A stretch of 20,712 bases of DNA from Candidatus Eiseniibacteriota bacterium (GCA_031364845.1 JANLWX010000024.1:1-20712), one strand, 5' to 3'; shown: positions 1 through 9,128, numbered from the stretch's first letter. The notes: generated by a model from the letters alone, not told the origin. Numbers and translations: made by a program.

Positions 1-2
1 CG

Positions 3-1283
3 CTCGACAACGTTCCCGTGGTCGAGAGCTATTCCGTGGGCGGCGACCTCGCGGTGACCGATGTGTCGTTCGATCCCGCGTTGTTCTCGTGCGACGCCGA
101 CGGCTATCTCGACAACGGTGAAGTGGGCGAGTTGTCGATCACGATCCGCAACACCGGTGCTTCGTCGTTGAGCGCCACCACCGCGACCGTGAGCAGCACC
201 AATCCGGCCGTGTCGTTCCCCGACGGCAATCAAGTAGCGGTCCCGACGACGGGGCCGTTCACGACCGCGGCCTCCTCGTTGCGCGTGCGCCTGACCGGAG
301 CCGCCGACTTGAGCATCCTCGATTTCCAGGTGGCCGTGGATGATCCCGGCCTGCTGGTCGCGGGTCCGCGCAGCGGGTCGTACGACGCATACGGCGAGGT
401 CGATGAGGGCCCGCTCAGCACCACGATCGAGGACTTCGAGACCGTGACCGACGCCTGGACCTACCTCGGCGACGCGAGTGCCTCGATCGGATTCGGCCGT
501 CGTGTCTACGGACCGACCGACCGGCGGCTCTACGCCTACGATCCCGGCATCGACTCCGACGCTTCGGCGATGAGCCCGCCGCTCGTGATCGGTGGCGGCA
601 CCTTCCGCCTGCTGTTCGACCATGCCTACAGCATGGAGAGCACCTACGACGGCGGCGTGATCGAGATTTCGACCAACAACGGCGCGACGTGGACCGACAT
701 CGGCGCCATGGTCACTTCGGGTGGCTACACCGGAACGATCGTGCCGGGCAGTGCCATCTCGGGACGCAACGCATGGACCGGTGCGAGCCCCGCATATCCC
801 GATCTGTCGCCGGTGGTCGTGAACCTCGGCTCCGCCTACAACGGCCAGACCGTGCGCGTGCGATTCCGCGCGGTGACCGACGGCGGTGTCGGCGACGAAG
901 GCTGGAGCATCGCCGGGCTCACCGTCGAGAACAATCAGGCATTCGTGTTCCCGACGCTGATCGCGGAACTCGGAGGCTGCGGCGTGCTCGCGGTGGGAGA
1001 CGAGCGTCCGTCCGAGCTGGCGTTCGCGCTGTCGGGATCGAATCCCGTGACCGGTCCCGCGCGGTTCCGCTTCGCGCTGCCAGTCGATACCGACGTCACG
1101 GTCGCGATCTACGATGTGACCGGCCGCCGAGTGGCACTGCTCGCCGACGGCCCCTACGAAGCCGGCGAACACACGCTCACGTGGGATCCGCGCGCCGGCG
1201 GCACACGCCGCGCCGGTGTGTACTTCGCCCGGATGATCGCGGGTGAGAAGCGGCTGGGGCAGCGCGTGATCGTGATGCCCTAG
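3..1283 (+). CDS. C-terminal part of a secreted protein, probably an M36 (fungalysin)-family metallopeptidase, ending in a FlgD-Ig/T9SS-like domain; 5' truncated by the window
   Basis: Frame is open back to base 3 (LDNVPVVES...). VVESY.VGGDL...SCDADGYLDNGE.G.L.ITIRN.G...LSATTATVSS resembles the post-catalytic region of bacterial M36 peptidases as I recall it. DGGVIEISTNNGATW marks a beta-sandwich module; C-terminus is NP...RFALP...IYDVTGRRVA.L...W...AGVYFARM. No HExxH lies inside the window. Confidence 0.6.
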   Translation, partial: LDNVPVVESYSVGGDLAVTDVSFDPALFSCDADGYLDNGEVGELSITIRNTGASSLSATTATVSSTNPAVSFPDGNQVAVPTTGPFTTAASSLRVRLTGAADLSILDFQVAVDDPGLLVAGPRSGSYDAYGEVDEGPLSTTIEDFETVTDAWTYLGDASASIGFGRRVYGPTDRRLYAYDPGIDSDASAMSPPLVIGGGTFRLLFDHAYSMESTYDGGVIEISTNNGATWTDIGAMVTSGGYTGTIVPGSAISGRNAWTGASPAYPDLSPVVVNLGSAYNGQTVRVRFRAVTDGGVGDEGWSIAGLTVENNQAFVFPTLIAELGGCGVLAVGDERPSELAFALSGSNPVTGPARFRFALPVDTDVTVAIYDVTGRRVALLADGPYEAGEHTLTWDPRAGGTRRAGVYFARMIAGEKRLGQRVIVMP

Positions 1284-1285
1284 GG

Positions 1286-4207
1286 ATGATCCACCTGAGC
1301 CGCGCGCCGAAGGCGCAACCTGGTTGCGCCTTCGCGCGCGTGGCGCTGGTGGCCGCAATGGCCGTCGTCACGGTTCCGGTCGCGTCCTTCGCGAGCGGGC
1401 TCGGGGACACGGGGCTCTGGAGCACCGTGAGCAGCCACGCGTGGGGTCACCTCGAATCCGACGGTCATGTGACCGGTGGAGGCACGCACGTATCGCTGCT
1501 CCATGGACGCGGCGACTCCACGTGGGTGATTCACTGGTACGACGGCGGCAACGCGCGCTTGTGGCTCGCCAAACCCAACGTGGACTCCGGGGTGTTCGTC
1601 GACGTCCCGAACGACACAACGCACGAATTCTGTTCGGGCCACGGAATCCTCCCGGATGGACGCCTGATCGTCGTCGGTGGCACGTCACCGGGTGTGACGG
1701 GCGTGAAGAGCGTGAACACGTTCAGCCCCTTCAGCTATGGCGCGTCCTCGGGAACTCTCGGGTCGGGGTGGTCGCGACTCGCATCGAACGGAACATCGCG
1801 CTGGTATGCCACCGTGACGCAGCTCGGCAACGGGAAGATCCTCGCCAGCTCCGGAGCCGACTATCTCGAAATGCAGATGTTCGGCGGCCGCAACGCCACC
1901 GGCAAGCTCACGGACTCGCACGGCCTGCGCCTCGAAGACGACTTCAGCTGGGGCGCTGACCCGACGTTCGTGCAGCCACTCGGTCGTGACGGAGCTTCGG
2001 CCGTGTTCAACTATGTGAACGGCCGCATGGTGGTTTACGGGGGAGTGAGGCGCGGCGCGGCGGGACAGGACTCCTCCGTGTCGGACGTGGTCCAGTTGTT
2101 TCGCAACCAGGTGGACACGGGCTCGCACCGGCGCTGGGAGTACTTCCCTACGCGGCCCGATTCGGCGACCAGAGCGTTCCCGCTGCCGCGCAGCCGGCAC
2201 ACCGCGGTGATCCTCGGCGACACGATGATCGTCTATGGCGGAGTGACCCGCACCGCATCGGGGAGCGACTCGGTCCTGTCGGACGTGTGGCGGCTCCATC
2301 TCAACAGCGGGCTGTGGGAACGTGTCTCCGTTGCGGGTGGACCCGGTCCGCGTTACGGACACACAGCAGTGCTCGATCACGACTGGCTGGTCCGCGATCG
2401 GCGGGCAATGATCGTCTACGGTGGCCGCGGTGCCACGCACGCGCTCGCCGATCCCTCGGTGTGGGCGCTGGACATCCCGCGCGGGGGCTCGACGACAGCC
2501 TTTCAGTGGACCGTGATCGCTCCCGGTCCGCCGCCGGGCGGGCGCGAAGGACACGCCGCCGTCATCGACACCGTCGGCATGCACACCACGCCTCGCAAGC
2601 ACCGCATGTTCGTCTTCGGTGGCACCGGACCCGCGGGAATCACGAATGACACGTGGGTGCTCAGCCGCTCCGATGTCGGGGACGCGAATCCGGCCTGGTC
2701 GTGGGATAACTTCGGAGCCTTCAACCTGCCCGCGCCGCGGACCCGCCACACGGCGATCAACGATTACAACTGGGGCCGCATCGTCGTATTCGGCGGCGAC
2801 ACGAACGGCGAGGCCGCGGGCGGCGAAACCAACGAACTCTGTGTGCTTCCGATCTCGGGATGGTTTCCATCGTGGACGATGTCCGTCGGCGATTCGACGC
2901 CCTCGCCGCGGGCGGGGCACGTGGCCGTCTACGATCCCCGCGATCTCAAGGCACTGGTCCCCGAGATCTACGATCCGCTCGCGAACGAATGGGAGCACTA
3001 CGACGACGCGCCGCAGTTGCTCCCGCTCTATCCATTTCTGTTTCTCATGAAGAGCGGCGTGGTGTTCAACGCGGGCAACGGCACCGGCAAGAGTTCGGTG
3101 TTCGATCTGATCCAGCATCGATGGTCGCTGAATAGTGAGAGCGGATTCCTGGGCGGTTCGGCAGTCGCGTTCGCCGATCTCGACAAGGTCATGAAGTGCG
3201 GCGGCGATGACGACCTCGCGGCCGAGACACGCACCGGGGTTGCCACGTATCATCCGAACGATCCTGCGACATGGCAGACGACCGCGCCCATCCCGGAGCC
3301 CCGCAAGTTCCACAACCTGACGCTGCTTCCCGACGGGAAGGTGTTGATGACCGGCGGAAAGCGCGGAGGGCTGAAGACGGGCAACAACGAGTTGCTCGTG
3401 CGCAATCCTCGAATGTGGAACATCGCAACCGCGACATGGGGGCCGTCACTCGCGCCGGATCCGATCGGACGCGGCTATCACTCCATCGCGATCCTGCTGC
3501 CCGATGCCCGAGTGCTCACCGCGAGCGGCCCGCCGAGCGACACACTCGAAGCCACGATCTTCTCGCCGCCCTATCTGTTCAAGGACGATTCGACCCCCGC
3601 GATTCGCCCGGTGATCACGAGCTCGCCGGAACTCACATACCACGGCGAAATCTTCCGCGTCGATGTCGCTTCAGCTTCGGCGGTCGACACCCTGTGCCTG
3701 ATCCGTCCGGGCTCGGTGACGCATGCCTTCGATCAATCCCAGCGGTACATTGCGCTATCGTTCGCTCCGGATCCTCAAGGCCAGGGGCTGGTGGTGCATG
3801 CACCACCCGATGGAAACCTGGCGCCGCCCGGCGATTACATGATGTTCGCGGTCGTCAACGGCGTGCCTTCGGTAGCGCGCTGGATTCGGGTGCAGGCGTC
3901 GGGAGTGTCCTCGGCCCCGGAGCCTGCCGGGCGAGTGACACTGCTGAGGAGCGAGCCCAATCCCTTCAGCCAAACGGCGCGGATCGGATTTCTGCTCCCG
4001 GTTGCAGCACAAGCGAGCGTCGAGATCCTCGACCTCCAGGGGCGTCGGATCCGCACGCTCGCCCGCGGCGCGTACGGCCCGGGCCAGCATACGATCGAAT
4101 GGGATCGACGCACCGATCACGGATCGAGGGCGCACGCGGGAATCTATCTTTGCAGGCTGCGCGCAGGCTCGATCGTGGATCAGCGGCGGATCGTGCTGTT
4201 GCCTTAG
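1286..4207 (+). CDS. Secreted copper radical oxidase (galactose/glyoxal oxidase-like, AA5-like) with inserted kelch propeller, DUF1929-type domain and C-terminal FlgD-Ig/T9SS-like domain
   Basis: Signal peptide ends VASFA. Cofactor and ligand motifs: EFCSGH (Cys), RWYAT (Tyr), RGYHS (Tyr, His), GSVTHAFDQ (His). Also IFSPPYLF..RP.I and APPGDYMMF. Starts 2 nt after the upstream stop. Confidence 0.88.
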   Translation: MIHLSRAPKAQPGCAFARVALVAAMAVVTVPVASFASGLGDTGLWSTVSSHAWGHLESDGHVTGGGTHVSLLHGRGDSTWVIHWYDGGNARLWLAKPNVDSGVFVDVPNDTTHEFCSGHGILPDGRLIVVGGTSPGVTGVKSVNTFSPFSYGASSGTLGSGWSRLASNGTSRWYATVTQLGNGKILASSGADYLEMQMFGGRNATGKLTDSHGLRLEDDFSWGADPTFVQPLGRDGASAVFNYVNGRMVVYGGVRRGAAGQDSSVSDVVQLFRNQVDTGSHRRWEYFPTRPDSATRAFPLPRSRHTAVILGDTMIVYGGVTRTASGSDSVLSDVWRLHLNSGLWERVSVAGGPGPRYGHTAVLDHDWLVRDRRAMIVYGGRGATHALADPSVWALDIPRGGSTTAFQWTVIAPGPPPGGREGHAAVIDTVGMHTTPRKHRMFVFGGTGPAGITNDTWVLSRSDVGDANPAWSWDNFGAFNLPAPRTRHTAINDYNWGRIVVFGGDTNGEAAGGETNELCVLPISGWFPSWTMSVGDSTPSPRAGHVAVYDPRDLKALVPEIYDPLANEWEHYDDAPQLLPLYPFLFLMKSGVVFNAGNGTGKSSVFDLIQHRWSLNSESGFLGGSAVAFADLDKVMKCGGDDDLAAETRTGVATYHPNDPATWQTTAPIPEPRKFHNLTLLPDGKVLMTGGKRGGLKTGNNELLVRNPRMWNIATATWGPSLAPDPIGRGYHSIAILLPDARVLTASGPPSDTLEATIFSPPYLFKDDSTPAIRPVITSSPELTYHGEIFRVDVASASAVDTLCLIRPGSVTHAFDQSQRYIALSFAPDPQGQGLVVHAPPDGNLAPPGDYMMFAVVNGVPSVARWIRVQASGVSSAPEPAGRVTLLRSEPNPFSQTARIGFLLPVAAQASVEILDLQGRRIRTLARGAYGPGQHTIEWDRRTDHGSRAHAGIYLCRLRAGSIVDQRRIVLLP

Positions 4208-4344
4208 GGGGGCGCGATTCACTCGTGCGCTGCACTTCAACATGCCCCGGGGCGTGTCGGGCCGACATCGCCAAGGCCGACGGGGCCGCGCGTGATCGCG
4301 CCAGCGCGATCGAGAATGAAGTAATCTGCGCGGCGCATCCTTAT

Positions 4345-4429
4345 GCCGGGATGGCGGAATTGGTCAGACGCAGCGGACTTAAAATCCGCTGGGGGAAACC
4401 CCGTGCAGGTTCGACTCCTGCTCTCGGCA
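4345..4429 (+). tRNA. tRNA-Leu (anticodon TAA), long variable arm, CCA not encoded
   Basis: Acceptor GCCGGGA/TCTCGGC + A; D arm GGCGGAATTGGTCAGACGC; anticodon arm GCGGA-CTTAAAA-TCCGC; variable arm GGGG-AAA-CCCC; T arm GCAGG-TTCGACT-CCTGC. Confidence 0.97.
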
Positions 4430-4437
4430 TGATGTTC
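4378..4437 (+). repeat. attL-like 60-bp direct repeat (anticodon loop to tRNA 3' end plus 8 nt)
   Basis: CTTAAAATCCGCTGGGGGAAACCCCGTGCAGGTTCGACTCCTGCTCTCGGCATGATGTTC is identical to 13372-13431. Confidence 0.95.
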
Positions 4438-4721
4438 TGCATCAAGATGTGTGGCGACTTGCCGCCTTTGGGCTCGCCAGAGACTCAGAAATGCGTTAGA
4501 TGGCCTTGTAAACGGGCATGTTTGCGCAGCCATCCGGGACTAGTGCGCATCCTTCCATCTAGCGCCAGCGCCGAGCGCCGTGGAGAGAAGAGCACCCGCG
4601 CGTCCACTAAGACGCAATCAAACCGGACCAGCCGGTTGTACACTCCCTTGAGGTCCATGGAGAAGTTCCAACGCGAATCTTAGGTCGAGACGCCTGGAGC
4701 AATGGGCAGGAGGAATTCCGC

Positions 4722-7265
4722 ATGGGCTGCACCAAACTGCTTCTGACGTCTGCTTTGCTGGTCCTCACGACAGGGTTGGGTCTCGTCGCCACGCCTGAGC
4801 ATTTGCGCGCAGAGTCATGCACACCGTCTGTCGGATCCGGTACTTGGATGGAGCTGCCGCCTCCAATTCGTGGCTACCACACCACGATCTACGATCCGGT
4901 TCGGAATCGCATGATTGTGTTCGGAGGCTACAACCGATCGCATCGCAATGAGACGTGGGTGTTGTCGTTATCGGGTACCCCAACTTGGACTCAACTCGTC
5001 ACCGCAGGGACTCCGCCGTCTTCCCGGTCGAGGCACACCGCAATTTACGACTCTGCCAACGATCGCATGATCGTGTTTGGTGGCGGCGCTGACAATCCCA
5101 CGGTTTTTGATGACACGTGGGCATTGGACCTGAGCGGAATGCCCACCTGGTCGCCGCTGCTCGTTACGGGGCTCGCTCCCAAGCGCGGGTCACACTCGGC
5201 CGTCTATGTCCCCGCCCGTGGCAGCATGCTGGTGTTCGGAGGAAGTGACGGTAATTCCTTATGGAACGATACGTGGGAGCTCACGCTGTCCAGTACACCG
5301 TCGTGGTCTCAGCTGGCTCCCATCGGATCGCCTCCTTCGTCGCGCGCTGGGCACGCGGCGATTTACGACCCGGCCTCGAACCGAATGATCGTTCAAGGCG
5401 GCGCGGATGGATTCTCGATCCGGAGTGACACCTGGAGCCTTAGCCTTTCTGCAACGCCAGCGTGGTCACAGATCCCGGTAACGGGGGAGTTGCCTGCATT
5501 GCGGACCGGATTCCCGATAGTCCTCGATCCTGTGCGGGATCGGATTATTCTCTTCGGCGGTAACGCGTCGGGCCATGTCTACGGTGACACCTGGACATTG
5601 CCCTTGTCCGGACCAGCATCCTGGTCGCAGCTCAGCACGCTCCACCTGCCCCCGGGACGCGCCAATCACACGGCGATCTACGATCCCACCACAGACCGCG
5701 TTCTCGTCTTCGGTGGATCCGATGGTGCCGTCTATCACGGCGAGACGTGGCAGCTTGCGCTATCGACCGTGGCTGATTGGTCGCCAGTGGAAGTTCCGCA
5801 GGCAAACCCGCCCGCACGGCAGTCCGCCACGGCGGTTTACGATCCGGCGCGTGATCGGATGGTTGTGTTCGGCGGGACGAACCGCAACTTCTACAACGAC
5901 ACATGGACTCTCGAGCTGGCCGGAACTCCGGCGTGGACTTCGCCCGCTCCCGAGGGGATGCCGCCCAGCGCGCGCTACGGACACAGCGCGATCTACGATC
6001 CAACCCGCGATCGCATGCTGATATTCGGCGGCAACGACTCCTCGCCGCGCAACGATACTTGGTCTCTGGCCCTGAGCGGCACATTCGGGTGGTCGTTATT
6101 GGTTCCCGATGGGACGCCTCCTTTGCCCCGGTTCCACCACACGGCGATATTCGATCCCGTGCGGGATCGCCTTATTGTGTTTGGGGGCTACGGGGCGGGG
6201 GGGGCTTCACATGACGATCTCTGGCAGCTCGACCTCGGCGGAAATGGCATGTGGTCGCAGCTCGCACCGTTTGGGCCAGGGCCGTCTGCGGGCATCTACT
6301 TCCAGTCAATTTACGATCCCGTACGAGACCGCATGATTCTTTTTGGAGGGTCCGAGACCTGGGCGCTGAATTTGTCGGGAATGCTCGCTTGGCAACAGAT
6401 TCCCCACTTTGGCGAGTATCCGACACCGGCGGCATTTGGCCACAGCGTCATCTACGACCCGGTGCGAGACCGGATGGTCGTGTTTGGAGGTGAGGACACG
6501 CCGGTCGACGACACCGCTGTCCAACACAATCGCATCTATGCACTGGCGCTCTCCGATCCGCCAACCTGGTCGAAACTCGATCCCTGCTGGCCTCCCGCGG
6601 GACGCTACCTCCATTGTGCGATCTATGATCCGCTGCGCGATCGGATGGTCGTGTACGGAGGTTCCGAGCGCAATGACGTGTGGGCGCTCAACCTGGATGG
6701 CTCTGGCTCCACTCCCACGATGGTGACCTTGTTCACCGCCGAGCGTCATGCCGATGGCGTGCGCGTGAGCTGGCAGCTTGCCGATGCGACACGCTTGTCC
6801 GACGTCTGGGTAGAGCGGGCAGATGTCGTCGCAGGGCCGTGGGCGCTGGCCGCGACCGAACTGACCACGGATGGTGCTTCTAACGTAGCCCTTGATCGCA
6901 GCGTCCTAGCCGAACGGGATTACTGGTACCGGCTCGTCGCACGAGAAGATGGCCAAGCAGTCGTGATCGGTACGCCCGTGTCCGTGCTAGGAAGCGTGGT
7001 TCATGGATTCAAGCTAACGCGCGTGACGCCGAATCCGGGCCTTGGACCAGTGAGAATCAGCTACACCCTGGCACGCGAGGCGGTCGTCGAACTGGACGTG
7101 ATAGATCTCCAGGGGCGCCACGTGACTTCCCTCGTGAATGGTTCGCGGAAGGCGGGAGCACACACCGTGGAGTGGACGGGGTCATCAGGCGCCTCGGGTA
7201 TCTACTTCCTCTACTATCGTTATCCGGGTGGCCATCAGGTGGAACGCGTGGTTCGGTTGCGCTGA
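4722..7265 (+). CDS. Secreted kelch-repeat protein (12 repeats, probably two 6-bladed propellers) with C-terminal FlgD-Ig/T9SS-like domain
   Basis: AGGAGG RBS at 4708-4713; hydrophobic signal peptide; 12 copies of PPxxRxxHtAiYDPxRDRMivFGG...DTWxLxL...W; C-terminal PNP...ISYTL...DLQGRHV..L...W...SGIYF. Confidence 0.9.
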   Translation: MGCTKLLLTSALLVLTTGLGLVATPEHLRAESCTPSVGSGTWMELPPPIRGYHTTIYDPVRNRMIVFGGYNRSHRNETWVLSLSGTPTWTQLVTAGTPPSSRSRHTAIYDSANDRMIVFGGGADNPTVFDDTWALDLSGMPTWSPLLVTGLAPKRGSHSAVYVPARGSMLVFGGSDGNSLWNDTWELTLSSTPSWSQLAPIGSPPSSRAGHAAIYDPASNRMIVQGGADGFSIRSDTWSLSLSATPAWSQIPVTGELPALRTGFPIVLDPVRDRIILFGGNASGHVYGDTWTLPLSGPASWSQLSTLHLPPGRANHTAIYDPTTDRVLVFGGSDGAVYHGETWQLALSTVADWSPVEVPQANPPARQSATAVYDPARDRMVVFGGTNRNFYNDTWTLELAGTPAWTSPAPEGMPPSARYGHSAIYDPTRDRMLIFGGNDSSPRNDTWSLALSGTFGWSLLVPDGTPPLPRFHHTAIFDPVRDRLIVFGGYGAGGASHDDLWQLDLGGNGMWSQLAPFGPGPSAGIYFQSIYDPVRDRMILFGGSETWALNLSGMLAWQQIPHFGEYPTPAAFGHSVIYDPVRDRMVVFGGEDTPVDDTAVQHNRIYALALSDPPTWSKLDPCWPPAGRYLHCAIYDPLRDRMVVYGGSERNDVWALNLDGSGSTPTMVTLFTAERHADGVRVSWQLADATRLSDVWVERADVVAGPWALAATELTTDGASNVALDRSVLAERDYWYRLVAREDGQAVVIGTPVSVLGSVVHGFKLTRVTPNPGLGPVRISYTLAREAVVELDVIDLQGRHVTSLVNGSRKAGAHTVEWTGSSGASGIYFLYYRYPGGHQVERVVRLR

Positions 7266-7406
7266 ATCCCTGAAGCAGGCAATACCTCGCTTTCGCGGGC
7301 CGTCGCGGGGAGAGCAGCGGGCATCGCCTGGCGCCAGAGGCGCTGCTTACAGCCGCATGCGTAGTTGTCGGTGAGGCCGTGATGCGGGAGGCGGCGAGAT
7401 TGGTCC

Positions 7407-7940
7407 ATGTTCAAACTTAGGCACCAGTTGGCGAGCGTTGTCTGCGGCGCGTTACTCATGTGTCCGGTCGCTCCCCTAAGCGGATCGGCGTCAGACGGCC
7501 AAGACTCAGTAGAAGTTGACTGGTACGAGTTGTTAACGCGGGTGCCCCGTTACCCGGACATGCGGGAGCGGGTTGACCACTTTCCGATCGTATTTGTCGG
7601 CCGAGTGTTGCGAATGGGGGAGCGCGAAATCGTCATGAAGTCAGGAGTGAGTACGACTCCGCCTTACATTGGGCCTGTGTCATTTGCGGCGGACAGCTTC
7701 GTCGTTCGCGTGGAGAAGGCCTGGCAGGGAATTCCCTCCCGCACCGTAGTTGGGGTCGTCGAAACGCAACGTGAGGCTACCCCTTTACGCCCGGGTCGAA
7801 GATATCTGTTCTTCACGTCTTGGAACCGTGATAGCACGTGGCTCTATTCGGAACGCAGGACCGGGACGAAGGAACTCAAGCTTGCAAAGGAAGACCTGCG
7901 ACAATTGCGGAGACTGCTAAGAAGGAAGGGCGAACCGTAG
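7407..7940 (+). CDS. Hypothetical exported protein with probable TIMP/NTR-like OB-fold
   Basis: N-terminal hydrophobic leader. Pattern IVFVGRV...VVRVEKAWQG...L.PGRRYLFF resembles bacterial TIMP-like domains, but there is no N-terminal CxC. Its TAG stop lies inside the ACCGTAGCCA repeat. Confidence 0.6.
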   Translation: MFKLRHQLASVVCGALLMCPVAPLSGSASDGQDSVEVDWYELLTRVPRYPDMRERVDHFPIVFVGRVLRMGEREIVMKSGVSTTPPYIGPVSFAADSFVVRVEKAWQGIPSRTVVGVVETQREATPLRPGRRYLFFTSWNRDSTWLYSERRTGTKELKLAKEDLRQLRRLLRRKGEP

Positions 7941-7993
7941 CCAAGACCGTAGCCAGTGCAAGCGTGGGCACCTTCGAAAGTGCCAGAAGTGCC
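7934..7993 (+). repeat. Putative integrase arm-type sites and accessory-factor repeats
   Basis: ACCGTAGCCA at 7934-7943 and 7946-7955; AAGTGCC at 7978-7984 and 7987-7993; about 110 bp upstream of the tRNA-Arg anticodon loop. Confidence 0.55.
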
Positions 7994-8031
7994 TTGCGTA
8001 AGTGAAAGCAGTCAGCCACAGTGCCCCGCCC
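7994..8031 (+). promoter_or_regulatory. Putative sigma70 stable-RNA-type promoter before the tRNA-Arg fragment
   Basis: TTGCGT (7994-7999), 17-nt spacer, CACAGT (8017-8022, weak -10), then GC-rich discriminator GCCCCGCCC just before the tRNA fragment. Confidence 0.4.
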
Positions 8032-8033
8032 GT

Positions 8034-8072
8034 GGCCCCGTAGCTCAGACGGATAGAGCAGCGGTTTCCTAA
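8034..8072 (+). pseudogene. 5' half of tRNA-Arg(CCT), truncated at the end of the anticodon loop (att-like site)
   Basis: GGCCCCG-TA-GCTC-AGACGGATA-GAGC-A-GCGGT-TTCCTAA reads as acceptor 5' strand, D arm, anticodon stem 5' strand and loop. No proper T arm or 3' acceptor strand follows. Confidence 0.88.
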
Positions 8073-8157
8073 TGAAGTCGCTTCCTCGACGCGGAGCGAC
8101 CGCAGGTGGACTCGGTGGACAGACACATTCGGATCTCGTGCGATTACGGGGGCTGCG

Positions 8158-8793
8158 GTGAATCAACTCAAGACGGTCCTTTGCTTGCTGATGGTTGGAG
8201 CCCTCGCAAATTGCGGCCCTGCGTATGCGAAGGACGGGAGCTTTGCCTATTTGAACTGGGGCGTGGGTCTTTCTCCGGTGCCCCAGCAATACGGCGCGAA
8301 TTCTCGGGGCACGGTTAGCGCGGTACGTTTGCCGAGCACGTCGCTCGCGATCGAGGGTGGACTCACCAGCAAGCTAGCATCTTCCATCTCGGGGATTTTT
8401 GATCTTGGTTACTACCGTTTTGGCGAGGGGGAGTCGATGGATGGATGGGCCGATATCATCCCCACGGTGAACCCATCAACTGTGTTGACCTCGATGATCG
8501 GGCTCAGGTTCGAGGCGAGCAATCTTGAGGGTCCGGCTCCTTTTCTGACGAGCTCGGTGGGTGTGGGCCGTGTCATGGTTGGAGACATCAACGTTGACTA
8601 TCTGGGAGGGGAACCTAGTGTGAGAATTCATGGAGCGCGCATGACCGCACTGGCGTTCGCCATCGGGGCTGGACTCAGGATGGGTTCTTCGACCAGCGGG
8701 GTGCAGCCTTCAGTCGGAATTCGCTGGGTGAGTGTGCTTACCTCGGATGAAGTCACCAACATCGTGCCGATAGTGATCGGTTTGGCGTTCTGA
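8158..8793 (+). CDS. Small outer-membrane beta-barrel protein (OmpA/opacity-like)
   Basis: Signal peptide ends AYA; amphipathic Gly-rich strands (FDLGYYRF, MIGLRF, PFLTSSVGVG, FAIGAGLRM); C-terminal Phe (IGLAF). Confidence 0.75.
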   Translation: MNQLKTVLCLLMVGALANCGPAYAKDGSFAYLNWGVGLSPVPQQYGANSRGTVSAVRLPSTSLAIEGGLTSKLASSISGIFDLGYYRFGEGESMDGWADIIPTVNPSTVLTSMIGLRFEASNLEGPAPFLTSSVGVGRVMVGDINVDYLGGEPSVRIHGARMTALAFAIGAGLRMGSSTSGVQPSVGIRWVSVLTSDEVTNIVPIVIGLAF

Positions 8794-8804
8794 GTTCGCG
8801 ACTG

Positions 8805-9128
8805 CGCGAAGGAAGCGAAGCGGTCGTGATCAGCGAGCCCGTGTCGGTCCAAGGAAACGTGGCTCATGGTTTCCAGCTGACCCGCGTGACGCCGAATCCG
8901 GGCTTCGGTCCGCTGAGAATCAGCTTCACCCTTGCTCGCGAGGCGGCGGTCGAATTGGACGTGATCGATCTTCAAGGCCGTCACGTGGCTTCCCTCGTGA
9001 ACGGTGCGCGGAAGGCCGGAGCACACACCGTGGAGTGGACGGGGCCATCGTCCGCCCCTGGGATCTACTTCTTGAGGTATCGCTATCCCGGTGGTCATCA
9101 CGGGGAGCGCGTGGTTCGGTTGCGGTGA
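8805..9128 (+). pseudogene. Orphan 3' fragment encoding only a FlgD-Ig/T9SS-like domain; diverged direct repeat of 6942-7265
   Basis: REGSEAVVISEPVSV...GFQLTRVTPNPG...ERVVRLR* aligns without gaps to REDGQAVVIGTPVSV...GFKLTRVTPNPG...ERVVRLR* of the kelch protein (offset 1863 bp). No signal peptide; homology starts about 12 nt after the barrel gene's stop. Confidence 0.85.

Noticed and set aside
4850..6690. Recurring TACGATCC/TTCGGCGG DNA motifs suggesting a CRISPR or tandem array
   Set aside because: They are the YDP and FGG codons of kelch repeats within one ORF.
8034..8154. Full tRNA-Arg with an intron: ACCGC (8099-8103) complements the anticodon stem after a 26-nt hairpin-like insert, and TTCGGAT and CGGGGGC follow
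   Set aside because: No paired T stem and the spacing is wrong, so a cloverleaf cannot be completed. Treated as a 5' half only.
6942..9128. Diversity-generating retroelement template/variable repeat pair (also considered for the 125-bp repeat)
   Set aside because: Mismatches are largely third-position and not adenine-specific, and no reverse transcriptase is present.
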